A stretch of DNA of 64,000 nucleotides from a virus (Duplodnaviria > Caudoviricetes), in the IMG/VR virus record IMGVR_UViG_3300027887_000012, positions 397 to 64,396 of that record. One strand, 5' to 3'. Shown piece after piece: positions 19,372 to 29,417 of the stretch. The notes beneath the pieces are model-generated. The model searched no databases and was not told the DNA's origin. It was given only the letters and a program-made list of their open reading frames with translations. A program made the translations under genes and the position numbers. How positions within the stretch are numbered: the stretch's first letter is position 1; the number at the start of each line of letters is the position of its first letter.

Positions 19372-20544
19372 ATGAGAGGGAATCCAGTTTTAGACCCAAA
19401 ACCTTCTGGTAAGGCGCATGATTTTTCATGGCGAAAGATTCAGGCAATCGCACCAACCCCAGTAAGACCATCATCATGGAAGAATCCTATGGCAAAACTC
19501 ACCTGCCCGCGCGATCAGGATAAACGCGGCACGTGTGTTGGTCAAAGTACCGCCTATTGTTTTGACATTCGATATATGATGTTAACGCAGGACATACCAG
19601 AGGATGCAGACAAGGCAATGTTCAAGAAAGATGTGGTTGACTCAATCGGGACCCGTCATGATGAAATGTACCCAACATCTGCAAGTGCAGAGATGTTCTA
19701 TCAGATGAGTCGATATCTTGGGAACGTCACCTATCCAGAAGGAAGTGAAACGCGGTTCAGCGCGCGCAGTTGGATAAAGAACGGGATGAACCTTGAATCA
19801 CAATGGCATACTGATAAAGAAGGTAACTGCGTTTGGATGTATCCACCCGGTGTGCGTTCGCAGGCAAATGGAGGTATCACACCAGATCAAGCCAAACAGT
19901 TCGCATCTATGCACGTTGCCGAAGGATGGGCTATGGTTGGTGACGAATACGGTAACGCGACCTTTGATGAAGTATGTGACGCGATCTATGCAAAAGGATT
20001 CGTTCTTGGTGCAATTCCTGTCTATGAGAACTATTCTACAATGCAAGGTGGCGATGGATCGTTCCCAGAACCAAGCGGAGATATCGCTGGATATCACGCG
20101 TTATGTTTTTATGGGTATGACACAGATACCTTATATCTCCTGCACTCATGGGGGGATTACTGCGGGAGATTCGGGTCAACGTCAAAACACTATTTCAATA
20201 ACACCATTCAGGAAAGCTCATATCTCGTTGTCCTTGACGCAAACGAAACCAAGATCGCGCACGAAATCTACAAGTCAATGGAGATAATCGTGACTGATAC
20301 ACAGAAAAATCCACTTGCGGCAGATATCAAAGTCAACGGAGTGTTGATTGGCAAGTCACCACAACGCATTGCCGTTGATTCCACAAAGACGTATGAGATT
20401 GAAATATCAATGAATGGTTATGTGACTCAAAAAAAGTATTCGGATGGGAGCGGGGGGACGATTTACGTCACGCTCGACAATACGCCTAAAACCTTCTGGG
20501 AAAAAATAATTGAATTCATCATGAAATTACTTGGGATGAAGTAA
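19372..20544 (+). CDS. papain-like C1 cysteine peptidase with PEGA-like domain (lysis candidate)
   Basis: RDQDKRGTCVGQS (Gln/Cys), GYHALCFYGYD (His), HSWG; IKVNGVLIGKSP...YEIEISMNGY PEGA-like; amphipathic C-terminus. Confidence 0.85.
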   Translation: MRGNPVLDPKPSGKAHDFSWRKIQAIAPTPVRPSSWKNPMAKLTCPRDQDKRGTCVGQSTAYCFDIRYMMLTQDIPEDADKAMFKKDVVDSIGTRHDEMYPTSASAEMFYQMSRYLGNVTYPEGSETRFSARSWIKNGMNLESQWHTDKEGNCVWMYPPGVRSQANGGITPDQAKQFASMHVAEGWAMVGDEYGNATFDEVCDAIYAKGFVLGAIPVYENYSTMQGGDGSFPEPSGDIAGYHALCFYGYDTDTLYLLHSWGDYCGRFGSTSKHYFNNTIQESSYLVVLDANETKIAHEIYKSMEIIVTDTQKNPLAADIKVNGVLIGKSPQRIAVDSTKTYEIEISMNGYVTQKKYSDGSGGTIYVTLDNTPKTFWEKIIEFIMKLLGMK

Positions 20545-20629
20545 CATGGATGAAAAAACGGGTAATTAACATAATCTCCGATGATTCCTGAAAAGGATGA
20601 GGAAAGTTGCAACTTTCAAGAGGTAAAAT

Positions 20630-21277
20630 ATGGATGAACTAATAACTCTGATATTGTATGCAATCTATATCGCGATCGCATACGGGCTTATCGGATTCGT
20701 TGGCGGCTGGCTTAAAAGTGGCGAGGCGTTTGATTTCCGAAGGCTGGCATCCACGATTATCTATTCGATATTCGTTGGGTTTATGGGAGTTTATACCGGT
20801 ATTCTCAATTTTGAGAACATAAACTTCCTGCAATTTGATCAACTCTTTGCATCTTATGTCACGATCTTACTCGTTATTAATAAAGTCATTGACGGTGTTT
20901 GGGCGTGGTATAAACAGATGCACGCATCAAAAAAGGCGGGTTCTGTACCAGTCGATTTCTCAATTACACCCTCCCCATCAAAAGTGGGAGAACTTGTTAC
21001 CTTTACTGATGTGACCGTGGATAAAACCATTTACCTATGGGATTTCGGTGATGGTGCATTGAGTAACGACAAACTTACTACCACGCATACGTATAAGAAG
21101 GCAGGCACATTCAAAGTTGGTGCAATTGCCAGCTTTAATGGTGCGCCGGGTGCGTTGTATAAAGAAATTGTCATCACTGGTGAAACACCGCCGCCTACAC
21201 CAACCCCTGTGAAAGGGTATTGGGAACAACTCTGGGCAGCCATTGTTGACATTATCAATGCCATTTTTGGCAAATAA
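20630..21277 (+). CDS. membrane protein (holin-like) fused to PKD domain
   Basis: N-terminal TM helices; VTFTD...YLWDFGDG...THTYKKAGTFKV PKD signature; TPPPTPTP linker; amphipathic C-terminus. Confidence 0.75.
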   Translation: MDELITLILYAIYIAIAYGLIGFVGGWLKSGEAFDFRRLASTIIYSIFVGFMGVYTGILNFENINFLQFDQLFASYVTILLVINKVIDGVWAWYKQMHASKKAGSVPVDFSITPSPSKVGELVTFTDVTVDKTIYLWDFGDGALSNDKLTTTHTYKKAGTFKVGAIASFNGAPGALYKEIVITGETPPPTPTPVKGYWEQLWAAIVDIINAIFGK

Positions 21278-21346
21278 ACCTCTCTTTTTTCGCCCTCTTT
21301 CTTGATGATCGTCATGAGGAGATACCAACTCCAAGAGGGCAAACCC

Positions 21347-21388
21347 GAAAACTATATATTCTCCTGCGTTAATTAGTAATTGTAATAC
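21347..21388 (+). promoter_or_regulatory. early-type promoter
   Basis: aaaacTATATA at 21353, TTGTAATAC at 21380-21388 (spacing 27); T-tracts upstream at ~21279-21302. Confidence 0.8.
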
Positions 21389-21401
21389 AGGAGTGAGTGA
21401 A

Positions 21402-21695
21402 ATGAAGAAAAAACTGTATAAAACCATCCAGTTAAAATCTGGGCTCAACTTGCCGAAAGGCGCATATGTTGATGTTGAACCACATCCCGATCACGAACGG
21501 TTAGCGATTGTGACGTATGAAGGTCAACCGCATATTCTTCGGTATTCCTCGGTGATCAAACATCCCAGTGTCAAGACTCTTGAAAAATGGGAAGATGAAG
21601 GACACTGCAAGACACCGGCAGGAAAATTCACAGAACCGGACGGTCATGATGATGAAGGATTCCCCAGCTGGTTATTAATCCTCGGATACATTTGA
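21402..21695 (+). CDS. hypothetical early protein
   Basis: GGAGTGA RBS; EPDG...GFPSWLLILGYI motif. Confidence 0.7.
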   Translation: MKKKLYKTIQLKSGLNLPKGAYVDVEPHPDHERLAIVTYEGQPHILRYSSVIKHPSVKTLEKWEDEGHCKTPAGKFTEPDGHDDEGFPSWLLILGYI

Positions 21696-21706
21696 GGTGA
21701 ACAAAA

Positions 21707-21898
21707 ATGGCATCAATTCAACCGCGAGATGGGGGAGGATACTACTATCCAGAATGTCCTCATGCAGACAATGAGGATGTTTACATCAGGAATTGTAAAT
21801 GCAAGGCACTTTCAAATCACACTGGCGCCGCATCAGGAGTTTATTGGTGTGGAGTTGCACAGGATTTTGATCGATGCCCGTTTGATAGGGAGGTTTGA
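21707..21898 (+). CDS. Cys-rich small protein, paralog A
   Basis: YPECP...C...YWCG...CPFDRE. Confidence 0.65.
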   Translation: MASIQPRDGGGYYYPECPHADNEDVYIRNCKCKALSNHTGAASGVYWCGVAQDFDRCPFDREV

Positions 21899-21900
21899 AA

Positions 21901-22101
21901 ATGACAAGAGTTGAAATGTCACGATGGGGCGGCGGGGTTCACGAAGGTTTAACCTATCCCGAATGTCCTTACATGAGGAATTACAATGAGGAATATCATG
22001 ACGGTATATGCACTGCGCCGTGTGATGAGGGGTATTGTGGTTACTGGTGTGGGACCCGTCAATACGCGGGTGATAACGAATGCCCGTTTGATAAGGAGTA
22101 A
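21901..22101 (+). CDS. Cys-rich small protein, paralog B
   Basis: YPECP...C...YWCG...CPFDKE. Confidence 0.65.
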   Translation: MTRVEMSRWGGGVHEGLTYPECPYMRNYNEEYHDGICTAPCDEGYCGYWCGTRQYAGDNECPFDKE

Positions 22102-22133
22102 AGAGGTGAAAAACTACGAAACAAGAAATCAAA

Positions 22134-22367
22134 ATGCCCGGCGGTAAGCTGCCACAGTATCCAGACTGTAAGAATGCAGAAATCGATCGCGATCACTATT
22201 GGCAGGAAACCGTTGATGGTGTGACGCACGAAATACCGATGGTCAGGTGCAAACTGATGAGCAAAGGATATCAACGCGTGAATCAACGCGTGAAACCAGA
22301 GTTGTGCATCTCGGTCAACGAACGTGATGCATGTCCTAATCCAGACGCACGCGACCAATCAATCTAA
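22134..22367 (+). CDS. Cys-rich small protein
   Basis: YPDC...C...C...CP; distant relative of the two upstream ORFs. Confidence 0.5.
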   Translation: MPGGKLPQYPDCKNAEIDRDHYWQETVDGVTHEIPMVRCKLMSKGYQRVNQRVKPELCISVNERDACPNPDARDQSI

Positions 22368-22382
22368 CCTTTTTTCAAGACA

Positions 22383-22425
22383 GAAACTATATATACTTAC
22401 GAGTCTTACATATTGATTGTAATAC
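22383..22425 (+). promoter_or_regulatory. early-type promoter
   Basis: gaaacTATATA at 22388, TTGTAATAC at 22417-22425 (spacing 29); preceded by T7 tract. Confidence 0.8.
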
Positions 22426-22877
22426 AGGAGTGAGTGAAAATGGCATACTACCTTACCAGAAATTGCGAGGTTGGAACGTGGGTGGATTTACTCTGCCTTG
22501 AATGTGGGAACAACCCGCGGGGATATTACGGGCGAATACCGGTTCGATGCCGCAAGTGCGGTGGACTGTTGGTGAATAAGAAAAAGGAGTTGAACATAAA
22601 ATGATAACTGCAATAGGAATCCCGGGCGATATCGTGTTAATCCCCGATATCGGAACTGCGAACCCATATGAGGTTCGGGCGCATCTGTTGATTGCGAACT
22701 ACAATGCACTTGATATCACGAAACACACACTGCCGCATGTCTTTGGAGTTGCAACATGAACGATTTTGTGAAGGAACACATCTTCTTTGTCGGGATACCA
22801 AATCACTTCAAGGTTAACGACAAGAAATACGTTGAGGTAACGAACGCACAGGAACAAAAAAAGGAGTGGGATGAGAA

Positions 22878-23141
22878 ATGACAGGATACGGGATATTCAA
22901 AGAGGCGACCCTTGAAGGGTATGTCGGTGAGTATTTCCCAGTGAATCTGCGCACAAAACCAGATTTTAATGGGAATAAATTACTCTTAAAAGTCACACCA
23001 AAACCCCCGTGGAAAGGTATAACCGCAGGTGTGTTTGACGCACTAAAAGACAAATATGATCTCGTTGGTGTAATTATCACCGACTTCGGGACATTAGAGG
23101 CAACCTTTGTTGAGAAGGACAAACCTTGGGAGAAAAAATGA
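22878..23141 (+). CDS. hypothetical protein
   Basis: GGAG RBS; ORF track. Confidence 0.55.
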   Translation: MTGYGIFKEATLEGYVGEYFPVNLRTKPDFNGNKLLLKVTPKPPWKGITAGVFDALKDKYDLVGVIITDFGTLEATFVEKDKPWEKK

Positions 23142-23301
23142 CCGAAATTAAAGAAGTTGACGATGAGTGCAACATCTTCTATGATGACGGTACTATGAAA
23201 ACCTGTTCGTATCGTCCGACCATGACATTTCAGGACTGCGAGCCGGGATATGGTGCGCATGGATATTGCCCGAAATATGATTACTATCATAAGGATGGAA
23301 A

Positions 23302-23571
23302 ATGATAACCAAATTTATCAAGTATGAGGATATCGACCCGAAGTTGACAGGTTCAAACTGGAACGTCATCTGGACAAAGAAGGTTGAGATTATCAACGAT
23401 GAGGTATATTCCGATGTGCCAAAGGATCATTGGTTCTCAAAAGTTGTTGAGAGGCACGGGCAGTTTACGACCCTTGGGTTTTATACGAACCCTGCGTATC
23501 CAAACGAGTTGATTCGGGTTGCAGGACTCGCACCAGATTTACAGGTAATCTTGTTTACCAAAAAGGAGTGA
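23302..23571 (+). CDS. hypothetical protein
   Basis: ORF track; coupled to neighbours. Confidence 0.55.
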   Translation: MITKFIKYEDIDPKLTGSNWNVIWTKKVEIINDEVYSDVPKDHWFSKVVERHGQFTTLGFYTNPAYPNELIRVAGLAPDLQVILFTKKE

Positions 23572-23721
23572 AAATGACAACATGGAAATGCACCGCGTGT
23601 GAATACCCTTGCATGATTCATCGTGACTCGGTGTTCAAACCAACGTGTGGGTGTATCTACTCGTTGGACTTAAAGGCGAATGGAGTTAAGACCGCAGACT
23701 GGAAAAAAGTGGAGGAGTGAA

Positions 23722-24021
23722 ATGACAACAATCTATCGGGGAATTATTGAGTCCTTCAGCGGGAGCTGGGGCAGTGGGATTGCCACGTTAAGGATTTCAG
23801 GAAAATCGATACCGTGTGATAACGGTCAGACCGTCCGCGCACTGCAAGAGTGTTTCGGTAACGCAATTGGTGAAGGTCATACTGTCAATCAGAAAGGGTT
23901 TGTCGGGCAGGATATCATTTATGTCTATGATGATATGGGATTGGTTCTGGGCGGGTTCGTGCCAACTGATGAATATACTGGTGAGATACCAGAGATTGGC
24001 GGGAGCTTGGATACAGAATGA
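23722..24021 (+). CDS. hypothetical protein
   Basis: ATG 23722 after GGAGGAGTGA. Confidence 0.6.
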   Translation: MTTIYRGIIESFSGSWGSGIATLRISGKSIPCDNGQTVRALQECFGNAIGEGHTVNQKGFVGQDIIYVYDDMGLVLGGFVPTDEYTGEIPEIGGSLDTE

Positions 24022-24148
24022 ACTACCTGCGATTATCATTTTTGGGGCAGTCGGTCTATACAGAGTGGTGTAACAGTCCTGATTATGAGGACTGCACGAA
24101 TTATACCTGCGAAGGACACTGCAAACACCTCGTAAGAAAACACGAAGG

Positions 24149-24190
24149 GAAAAGTATATATTCTGATGAGTAGATGACTAATTGTAATAC
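24149..24190 (+). promoter_or_regulatory. early-type promoter
   Basis: aaaagTATATA at 24155, TTGTAATAC at 24182-24190 (spacing 27). Confidence 0.8.
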
Positions 24191-24474
24191 AGGAGTGAGA
24201 AAAAACCATGTACCAACCAGATAACCAAGATTGGGATGCGTTCATTGCGTGGGCGTTATCCACAGAACAAAAAGAGTTTGAGGCACAGGTAAAAGACTAT
24301 GAGCGAGAACACAAAAACCACTAAAAAAACACCATGCGATACTCGCAGGTGCCGGCAGGAAGGAACTATCAAACACGGTATGTTCAATTTCTGTCAAAAA
24401 CACTGGGAGGAATTCGTAATCGGGTATCCTATTGAAACGAAAGGCGCAAAAACAAGTCCAAGAGGTGGAAAATA

Positions 24475-24855
24475 ATGCAGGAACAACTAACAAAAGACAG
24501 TCCCGAAATGTCGAAACTCAAAGGCGACTTATCAGGATATATCGGTACAGAACAGTATTGGAAGGGTGCGTTCACTCTTGACTATACTGATGGTGTGAAA
24601 GGACTCATTGAGTTGGCAAACTGTTACTGGTTGATCACTGACCTGTCAATTGTCAGTAAGATGAAGTTCAAGAACGTGCCGTTTCAGGTGTGGACATTGA
24701 CTGTAAAAGAAGATCATACCGCAGTCCTGAAGATGCAGGAAGATACGGGCGAGCCTGTTAAGTATCGACAGGAGTATGGATACACTGATTTCCCAGTTGG
24801 TGCGTTCAATCTCTATGCGATTGATGGGGTTCTATTATTACCATCGGAGTACTAA
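24475..24855 (+). CDS. conserved hypothetical protein (DUF6876-like)
   Basis: YIGTEQYW...YTDGVK...ANCYWL...QEYGYTDFP...LLLPSEY. Confidence 0.7.
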   Translation: MQEQLTKDSPEMSKLKGDLSGYIGTEQYWKGAFTLDYTDGVKGLIELANCYWLITDLSIVSKMKFKNVPFQVWTLTVKEDHTAVLKMQEDTGEPVKYRQEYGYTDFPVGAFNLYAIDGVLLLPSEY

Positions 24856-24856
24856 C

Positions 24857-25353
24857 ATGAAAACAAAATACTACTGCGAAACGTGTTTAAGTGAAGATCA
24901 CAAAATAAAACACAAAGGATGTAAGTTGAAAATGAACGGGCGTTCAGGAGTCGATCACGGTTTCCCATCAACCTGTGTGATTGGTGGAGATTGCAGGTGG
25001 CGTGTCACAGGAGAAACCCCATGAAACAAATCTATGAATGTGATCATTGTTACGCGCCGTGTCAAATGACGGTTGACTGCGGGAGGATGATCGACAAGAA
25101 ATTCAAATCTTTGGTTGATGAAGAAACCTTAAATCGGTGCCTTCTTTATCCAACAGAAAAGGCAAACTTCAAAAGGGTGAAATAAATGAAACAAAAATAT
25201 ACCTGTAAAAACTGCAAACCCGATGAGCCATGTCATATTATCATTCACACTGATAATGAAACAACGACCAATGATCTGATAGGTTCGGCAGCTAAAAAAC
25301 AATGTGTGGTATTGAGTAATGATCAGACTGCAAACTTCAAGAGGGTATCATGA
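24857..25353 (+). CDS. three tandem small CxxC proteins (24857-25024, 25021-25185, 25186-25353)
   Basis: MKTKYYCETC, MKQIYECDHC and MKQKYTCKNC starts; last two end ANFKRV. Confidence 0.6.
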
Positions 25354-25543
25354 CCGAATACTGTAAATGCGTAATCGTTCCAAAAAAGAACTTCGATGGC
25401 AAATATTCCACAACAGTAAAATACTGGTTACCAGATATCTATATCATCCCGTTCATGGAGAAGAATGAATGGAAAGACCTGCCTGTGTATAAAGGCAGTT
25501 ATCATCAGCGATTAGAACGCCAATTCGCGATCAGGAACGACCT

Positions 25544-26515
25544 ATGAAAAAGATACGACCATTAGGTAATCAAACACCGTGGGGGTGGGGCATAGAGCCC
25601 GTCCACGGTTGTAACCTGCGGTGCGGGCATTGTTCAACACGACTCTATGAACCGGGCGTGCGATCATATATGACAAAAGAAACGTGGATAAACGCGTTCA
25701 ACATTATCAAAGAAGTATCGCCAATGTGCAGAATTGATCTATGTGTTGCAGGTGAACCAACACTGCACCCAGACCTGCCGGAGTTCCTGAAGATCGCGCG
25801 TGAAATCAGTCCGATGAGTCAAATACAGATCACGACAAACGGCACACAACTCGCAAGTGGGGCAGTCACGCATAAACAACTCCTATCCGCTGGTGCCAAC
25901 ATCATTTACGTTGACATGTATAATCCAAAGGAACTGCACATAAAACTGGCTGAGGAGTCGGGGTACCCTTTCTATGAGTATTATAAAAGTGACAATCGCG
26001 ACAAGTTAAGCCCGTGGGTATATCATGGCGATCCCAACCTGAAAATGATAGTGTTGCAGGAACAACCCGACAACTGGCCCAAATCCAGATACCGCGCAGG
26101 ACTCCTTGGCACATGGTATAATCACCTTGACTGGGAGGCGGCGGCAAAGTATGGATTGAAACCTGTTACGCAACCAATCACGCGCAGGTGCAATCAACCA
26201 TTCTGTTACGTACCGGTACACCAGTCAGGGAATTACCTGTTATGTTGTCAGGACAACTGGGGAGAAACCGCAGGACTCTTGGGCAATGTCAGTGAAGGTG
26301 TTGAAGGGTTCAAAAAATACTGGTTCGGGAAAAAGATGCAGACTATCCGAAGACGATTAAGAAACAAGGATAGGGCAGGCACGACCTATTGTTCCAGATG
26401 TTGTATAACGTTCTCACGATGCGATCTGAAATACTGGTCAGATGAACTGGTGAACGTTTATTACGATGGAAACGAAACTAAACCATTAGGTGACAGTGAT
26501 GAAATGCACGCTTGA
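25544..26515 (+). CDS. radical SAM enzyme with SPASM/twitch domain
   Basis: EPVHGCNLRCGHC (CxxxCxxC), AGEPTLHP, TTNG, RRCNQPF...LLCCQD...CSRC. Confidence 0.9.
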   Translation: MKKIRPLGNQTPWGWGIEPVHGCNLRCGHCSTRLYEPGVRSYMTKETWINAFNIIKEVSPMCRIDLCVAGEPTLHPDLPEFLKIAREISPMSQIQITTNGTQLASGAVTHKQLLSAGANIIYVDMYNPKELHIKLAEESGYPFYEYYKSDNRDKLSPWVYHGDPNLKMIVLQEQPDNWPKSRYRAGLLGTWYNHLDWEAAAKYGLKPVTQPITRRCNQPFCYVPVHQSGNYLLCCQDNWGETAGLLGNVSEGVEGFKKYWFGKKMQTIRRRLRNKDRAGTTYCSRCCITFSRCDLKYWSDELVNVYYDGNETKPLGDSDEMHA

Positions 26516-26792
26516 CGGGTTTGTTGAAGATTTACCGCCCGCAGATAAAGAGATCGACAGTGCCGAATATTGGCAGGATATGCCAGAGTTTGTGCAGGAG
26601 AACAAGGAAGGATACAAATCTTTTATTGTTCACTTTGAAACCAAAGAGGCATGGGAACAATTCCAGAGAACAAAAAGATTGGAGTTTAAAGGAACAATCA
26701 CTGATAAAACAAAATATTGTTGGCAACCAGAACACGAAATCCAGAATCTTGCAGAATGGGTTTACGCGTGTGAGGATAAGGAAAACCCTTAA
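26499..26792 (+). CDS. small acidic partner upstream of GT-A glycosyltransferase
   Basis: ATG 26499 after AGGTGA; WQDMPEFVQE...FIVHF...ITDKTK..W.P pattern. Confidence 0.65.
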   Translation: MKCTLDGFVEDLPPADKEIDSAEYWQDMPEFVQENKEGYKSFIVHFETKEAWEQFQRTKRLEFKGTITDKTKYCWQPEHEIQNLAEWVYACEDKENP

Positions 26793-26809
26793 CCCGCCCC
26801 AGATATCCG

Positions 26810-27685
26810 ATGTATATCGTATCGAAGGGGCGTTGGGAGTCAAGGTTAACCGGTAAGGCGTGTGACAAGATAAACGTGCCGTATTATATGGTCATCAATG
26901 AAAACGAGTATGATCAATACGCAAAGGTCATGGATGAAAAGAAAATCCTTGTAATGCCGCAGAAATACTATGATGAATATGACACGTTTGACAATCTTGG
27001 GAGTTCAAAGGCAAAGGGGCCCGGTGCCGCGCGCAATTTCTGTTGGGATCATTCAATAGGACTCGGTGCGAAACGTCACTGGGTATTCGATGATAATATC
27101 GGTGACTGGTATTGGTTCAATAGGAACAAACGGATACGCGTTGCAGATGGGGCAATGTTCAGCTTAATGGAAAACTGGGTAGAACGGTTTACGAACGTGG
27201 CGATCGCGGGACCCAATTACAGGTTCTTTGTAGTGCCAACGCAAATCTATCCACATTTCATCACTAACACGCGCATATATTCCATGTTATTAATCAGGAA
27301 CGATCTGCCCTTCAGGTGGAGAGGCAGGTATAATGAAGATACGGATTTATCATTACGAGTCCTGAAATCTGGGTTATGCACAGTGCAGTTCAACGCGTTT
27401 CTTGGTGACAAGGCGTGGACGCAAACGGTGAAAGGCGGGAACTCTGCGCAGTTTTACGATAAAGATGTAATCGGTGCGTGGGATGGAGGAACATACCCAA
27501 AATCAAAGATGCAGGTTGACATGCACCCAGATGTATCAAAGATAGTGTATCGATTTCAGCGATGCCATCACTTGGTAGATTATTCCTCATTTGTCAAGAA
27601 AAACAAACTGGAATATGTACAAGGAATCGAAATCCCGCAAGGAACAAACAACCACGGGGTAATATTAAAGAAAGTTGGTGATTAA
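26810..27685 (+). CDS. GT-A glycosyltransferase, GREB1/TET-associated (DNA base-modifying) type
   Basis: YIVSKGRW, GPGAARNFCWD, HWVFDDNI (DxD), TRIYS, WRGRYNEDTDLSL, VKGGN. Confidence 0.8.
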   Translation: MYIVSKGRWESRLTGKACDKINVPYYMVINENEYDQYAKVMDEKKILVMPQKYYDEYDTFDNLGSSKAKGPGAARNFCWDHSIGLGAKRHWVFDDNIGDWYWFNRNKRIRVADGAMFSLMENWVERFTNVAIAGPNYRFFVVPTQIYPHFITNTRIYSMLLIRNDLPFRWRGRYNEDTDLSLRVLKSGLCTVQFNAFLGDKAWTQTVKGGNSAQFYDKDVIGAWDGGTYPKSKMQVDMHPDVSKIVYRFQRCHHLVDYSSFVKKNKLEYVQGIEIPQGTNNHGVILKKVGD

Positions 27686-27686
27686 C

Positions 27687-28295
27687 ATGAACGAAAAAGA
27701 TGAAAGTGAAAAAGACGAAAGTCCATTCAGCGCAAAGTCAACAAAACAAAGGGATTTAGAGGGGAATATCATCCCAGATAAAAAAGAATTGACCCTATGG
27801 GAGCAATTGGAATGGGATACCTATAATCACATCAAAGAGAAAATAGGCAATCTCCTTGAAGCCAATGGGTATCACTTGATATACAAAGAAAAAGAAATCC
27901 TCAATAGGTTATTGAGTTTGAAAGCTACTACCACCGATGCAGATATAATCATCTATCATGACAACGTGGTTGATGTTGCAATATCCTGTAAAACAAGCGG
28001 TCGCGATAGGACTGATGGGTTGGTACATGCAAAGAGTAGAATTGAATCGTTGCACCCGCAGGTTCTATTTGTCTGGTCGACATGTGATAACGGCATTCTT
28101 TATCAGAACGGGCATTCGGAATTTAGACCGAGTGTTAAAACATATCGACAGGTTAAGGAAAATGCAATTCAGGTATATTCATTCAATCCAGAAACGCCGT
28201 TTGATCATGTGAACGTTCACTCACACACAAAATTGATTGGTGCAATTAAGAAACATTTGTGTTTAAAGGAAGAAAATAAATGTTTGGCGGTCTAA
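27687..28295 (+). CDS. PD-(D/E)XK restriction-endonuclease-like protein
   Basis: DADIII...AISCKTSGRDR. Confidence 0.6.
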   Translation: MNEKDESEKDESPFSAKSTKQRDLEGNIIPDKKELTLWEQLEWDTYNHIKEKIGNLLEANGYHLIYKEKEILNRLLSLKATTTDADIIIYHDNVVDVAISCKTSGRDRTDGLVHAKSRIESLHPQVLFVWSTCDNGILYQNGHSEFRPSVKTYRQVKENAIQVYSFNPETPFDHVNVHSHTKLIGAIKKHLCLKEENKCLAV

Positions 28296-28779
28296 AATGA
28301 ACTATCTATGCACAAACTGTTATCGCAATTGTCTGATACAGATCACTTCAAACCCAGACGAAAAGAATAATCTCCTAAAACATCCAAAGAAATGTATCTG
28401 CAAAGAGAAGTATCAACGCGCTAACTTTCACGCGGTAGGTGAACCATGACACAATTTGTTAAAGGCGAATGGGATTATCTCAATTATATTGCTCTTGCGA
28501 TTCTTGTGATCGCGGTGATCACAATCTGGGTTGTGAAAGGGATGCCAGTTCTTTCAATTTACGTTCCGGGAGTTGGGCGGTTACCATGACGGCATCGTTC
28601 ACATTAGGTAAGGTAACAATAAAGCAAATATCTAATAAAGAATGGAACGAGATGCAGAAAAATAGCATCAAAGAGTGGCATTTTGAACGAAGTGGTGATG
28701 GAGTAGTACCGGTAAAAGGCAAATGTGATCCAAACAATCCTGACCACATCCCAATTCGTAAAGTAGTGAGGTGTCATCC

Positions 28780-29082
28780 ATGACAGATCAGAACAAATAC
28801 CGGTGTGAAACATGTGGGTATTACCAAACACACCATATAAAGAGTTGTGATTTGATTGAAAGGATGTTAGATACTGGAGAGATAGCTCTCATATCAAAAT
28901 TGGGTTGTGCCAGTCACAGTGACTTCCAGAGCGAGCGGGATAAGGTGCTGGATGAACTGGATACATATCTCGATGTAGAGTTAGAGAGAGCATCCCAATT
29001 TAATGCGATGAGAAATTTTGCGTTACTCGAAGTAAAAAGAAAAATCAAAGAACCCCGGCAGCAGGCAGGTGAGCAGGGATGA
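28780..29082 (+). CDS. modular small protein, array unit 1
   Basis: KYRCETC / GCASHSDFQSERDKVLDE / RQQAGEQ blocks. Confidence 0.75.
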   Translation: MTDQNKYRCETCGYYQTHHIKSCDLIERMLDTGEIALISKLGCASHSDFQSERDKVLDELDTYLDVELERASQFNAMRNFALLEVKRKIKEPRQQAGEQG

Positions 29083-29417
29083 ACCAGTATAGATGTGAAA
29101 CATGCAATAAAGATCCTTGTATAGTAGGATTTGAAGCGTGTCCAATATGGTCAAAAATGATATATGAAGGAGAAGAATTTAGAGACTATAAAATAACTTT
29201 GCTTGGACAAATGAGAGTAACAACCCAATATACAGGGTGTACAAGTCACAGTGATTTCCAGAGCGAGCGGGATTTAGACGATTATTGTAAAATTGGTTTA
29301 TATTGGTATGTTCATGGCGATGAAGAATCAGAAGATGTCGGATTGTGCAGAGGAAAATCTTGTAATTATTGTGGCAGATATAATGAAGAACTCCGGCAGC
29401 AGGCAGGTGAGCAGTAG
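29079..29417 (+). CDS. modular small protein, array unit 2
   Basis: MNQYRCETC / GCTSHSDFQSERD / ELRQQAGEQ. Confidence 0.75.
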   Translation: MNQYRCETCNKDPCIVGFEACPIWSKMIYEGEEFRDYKITLLGQMRVTTQYTGCTSHSDFQSERDLDDYCKIGLYWYVHGDEESEDVGLCRGKSCNYCGRYNEELRQQAGEQ

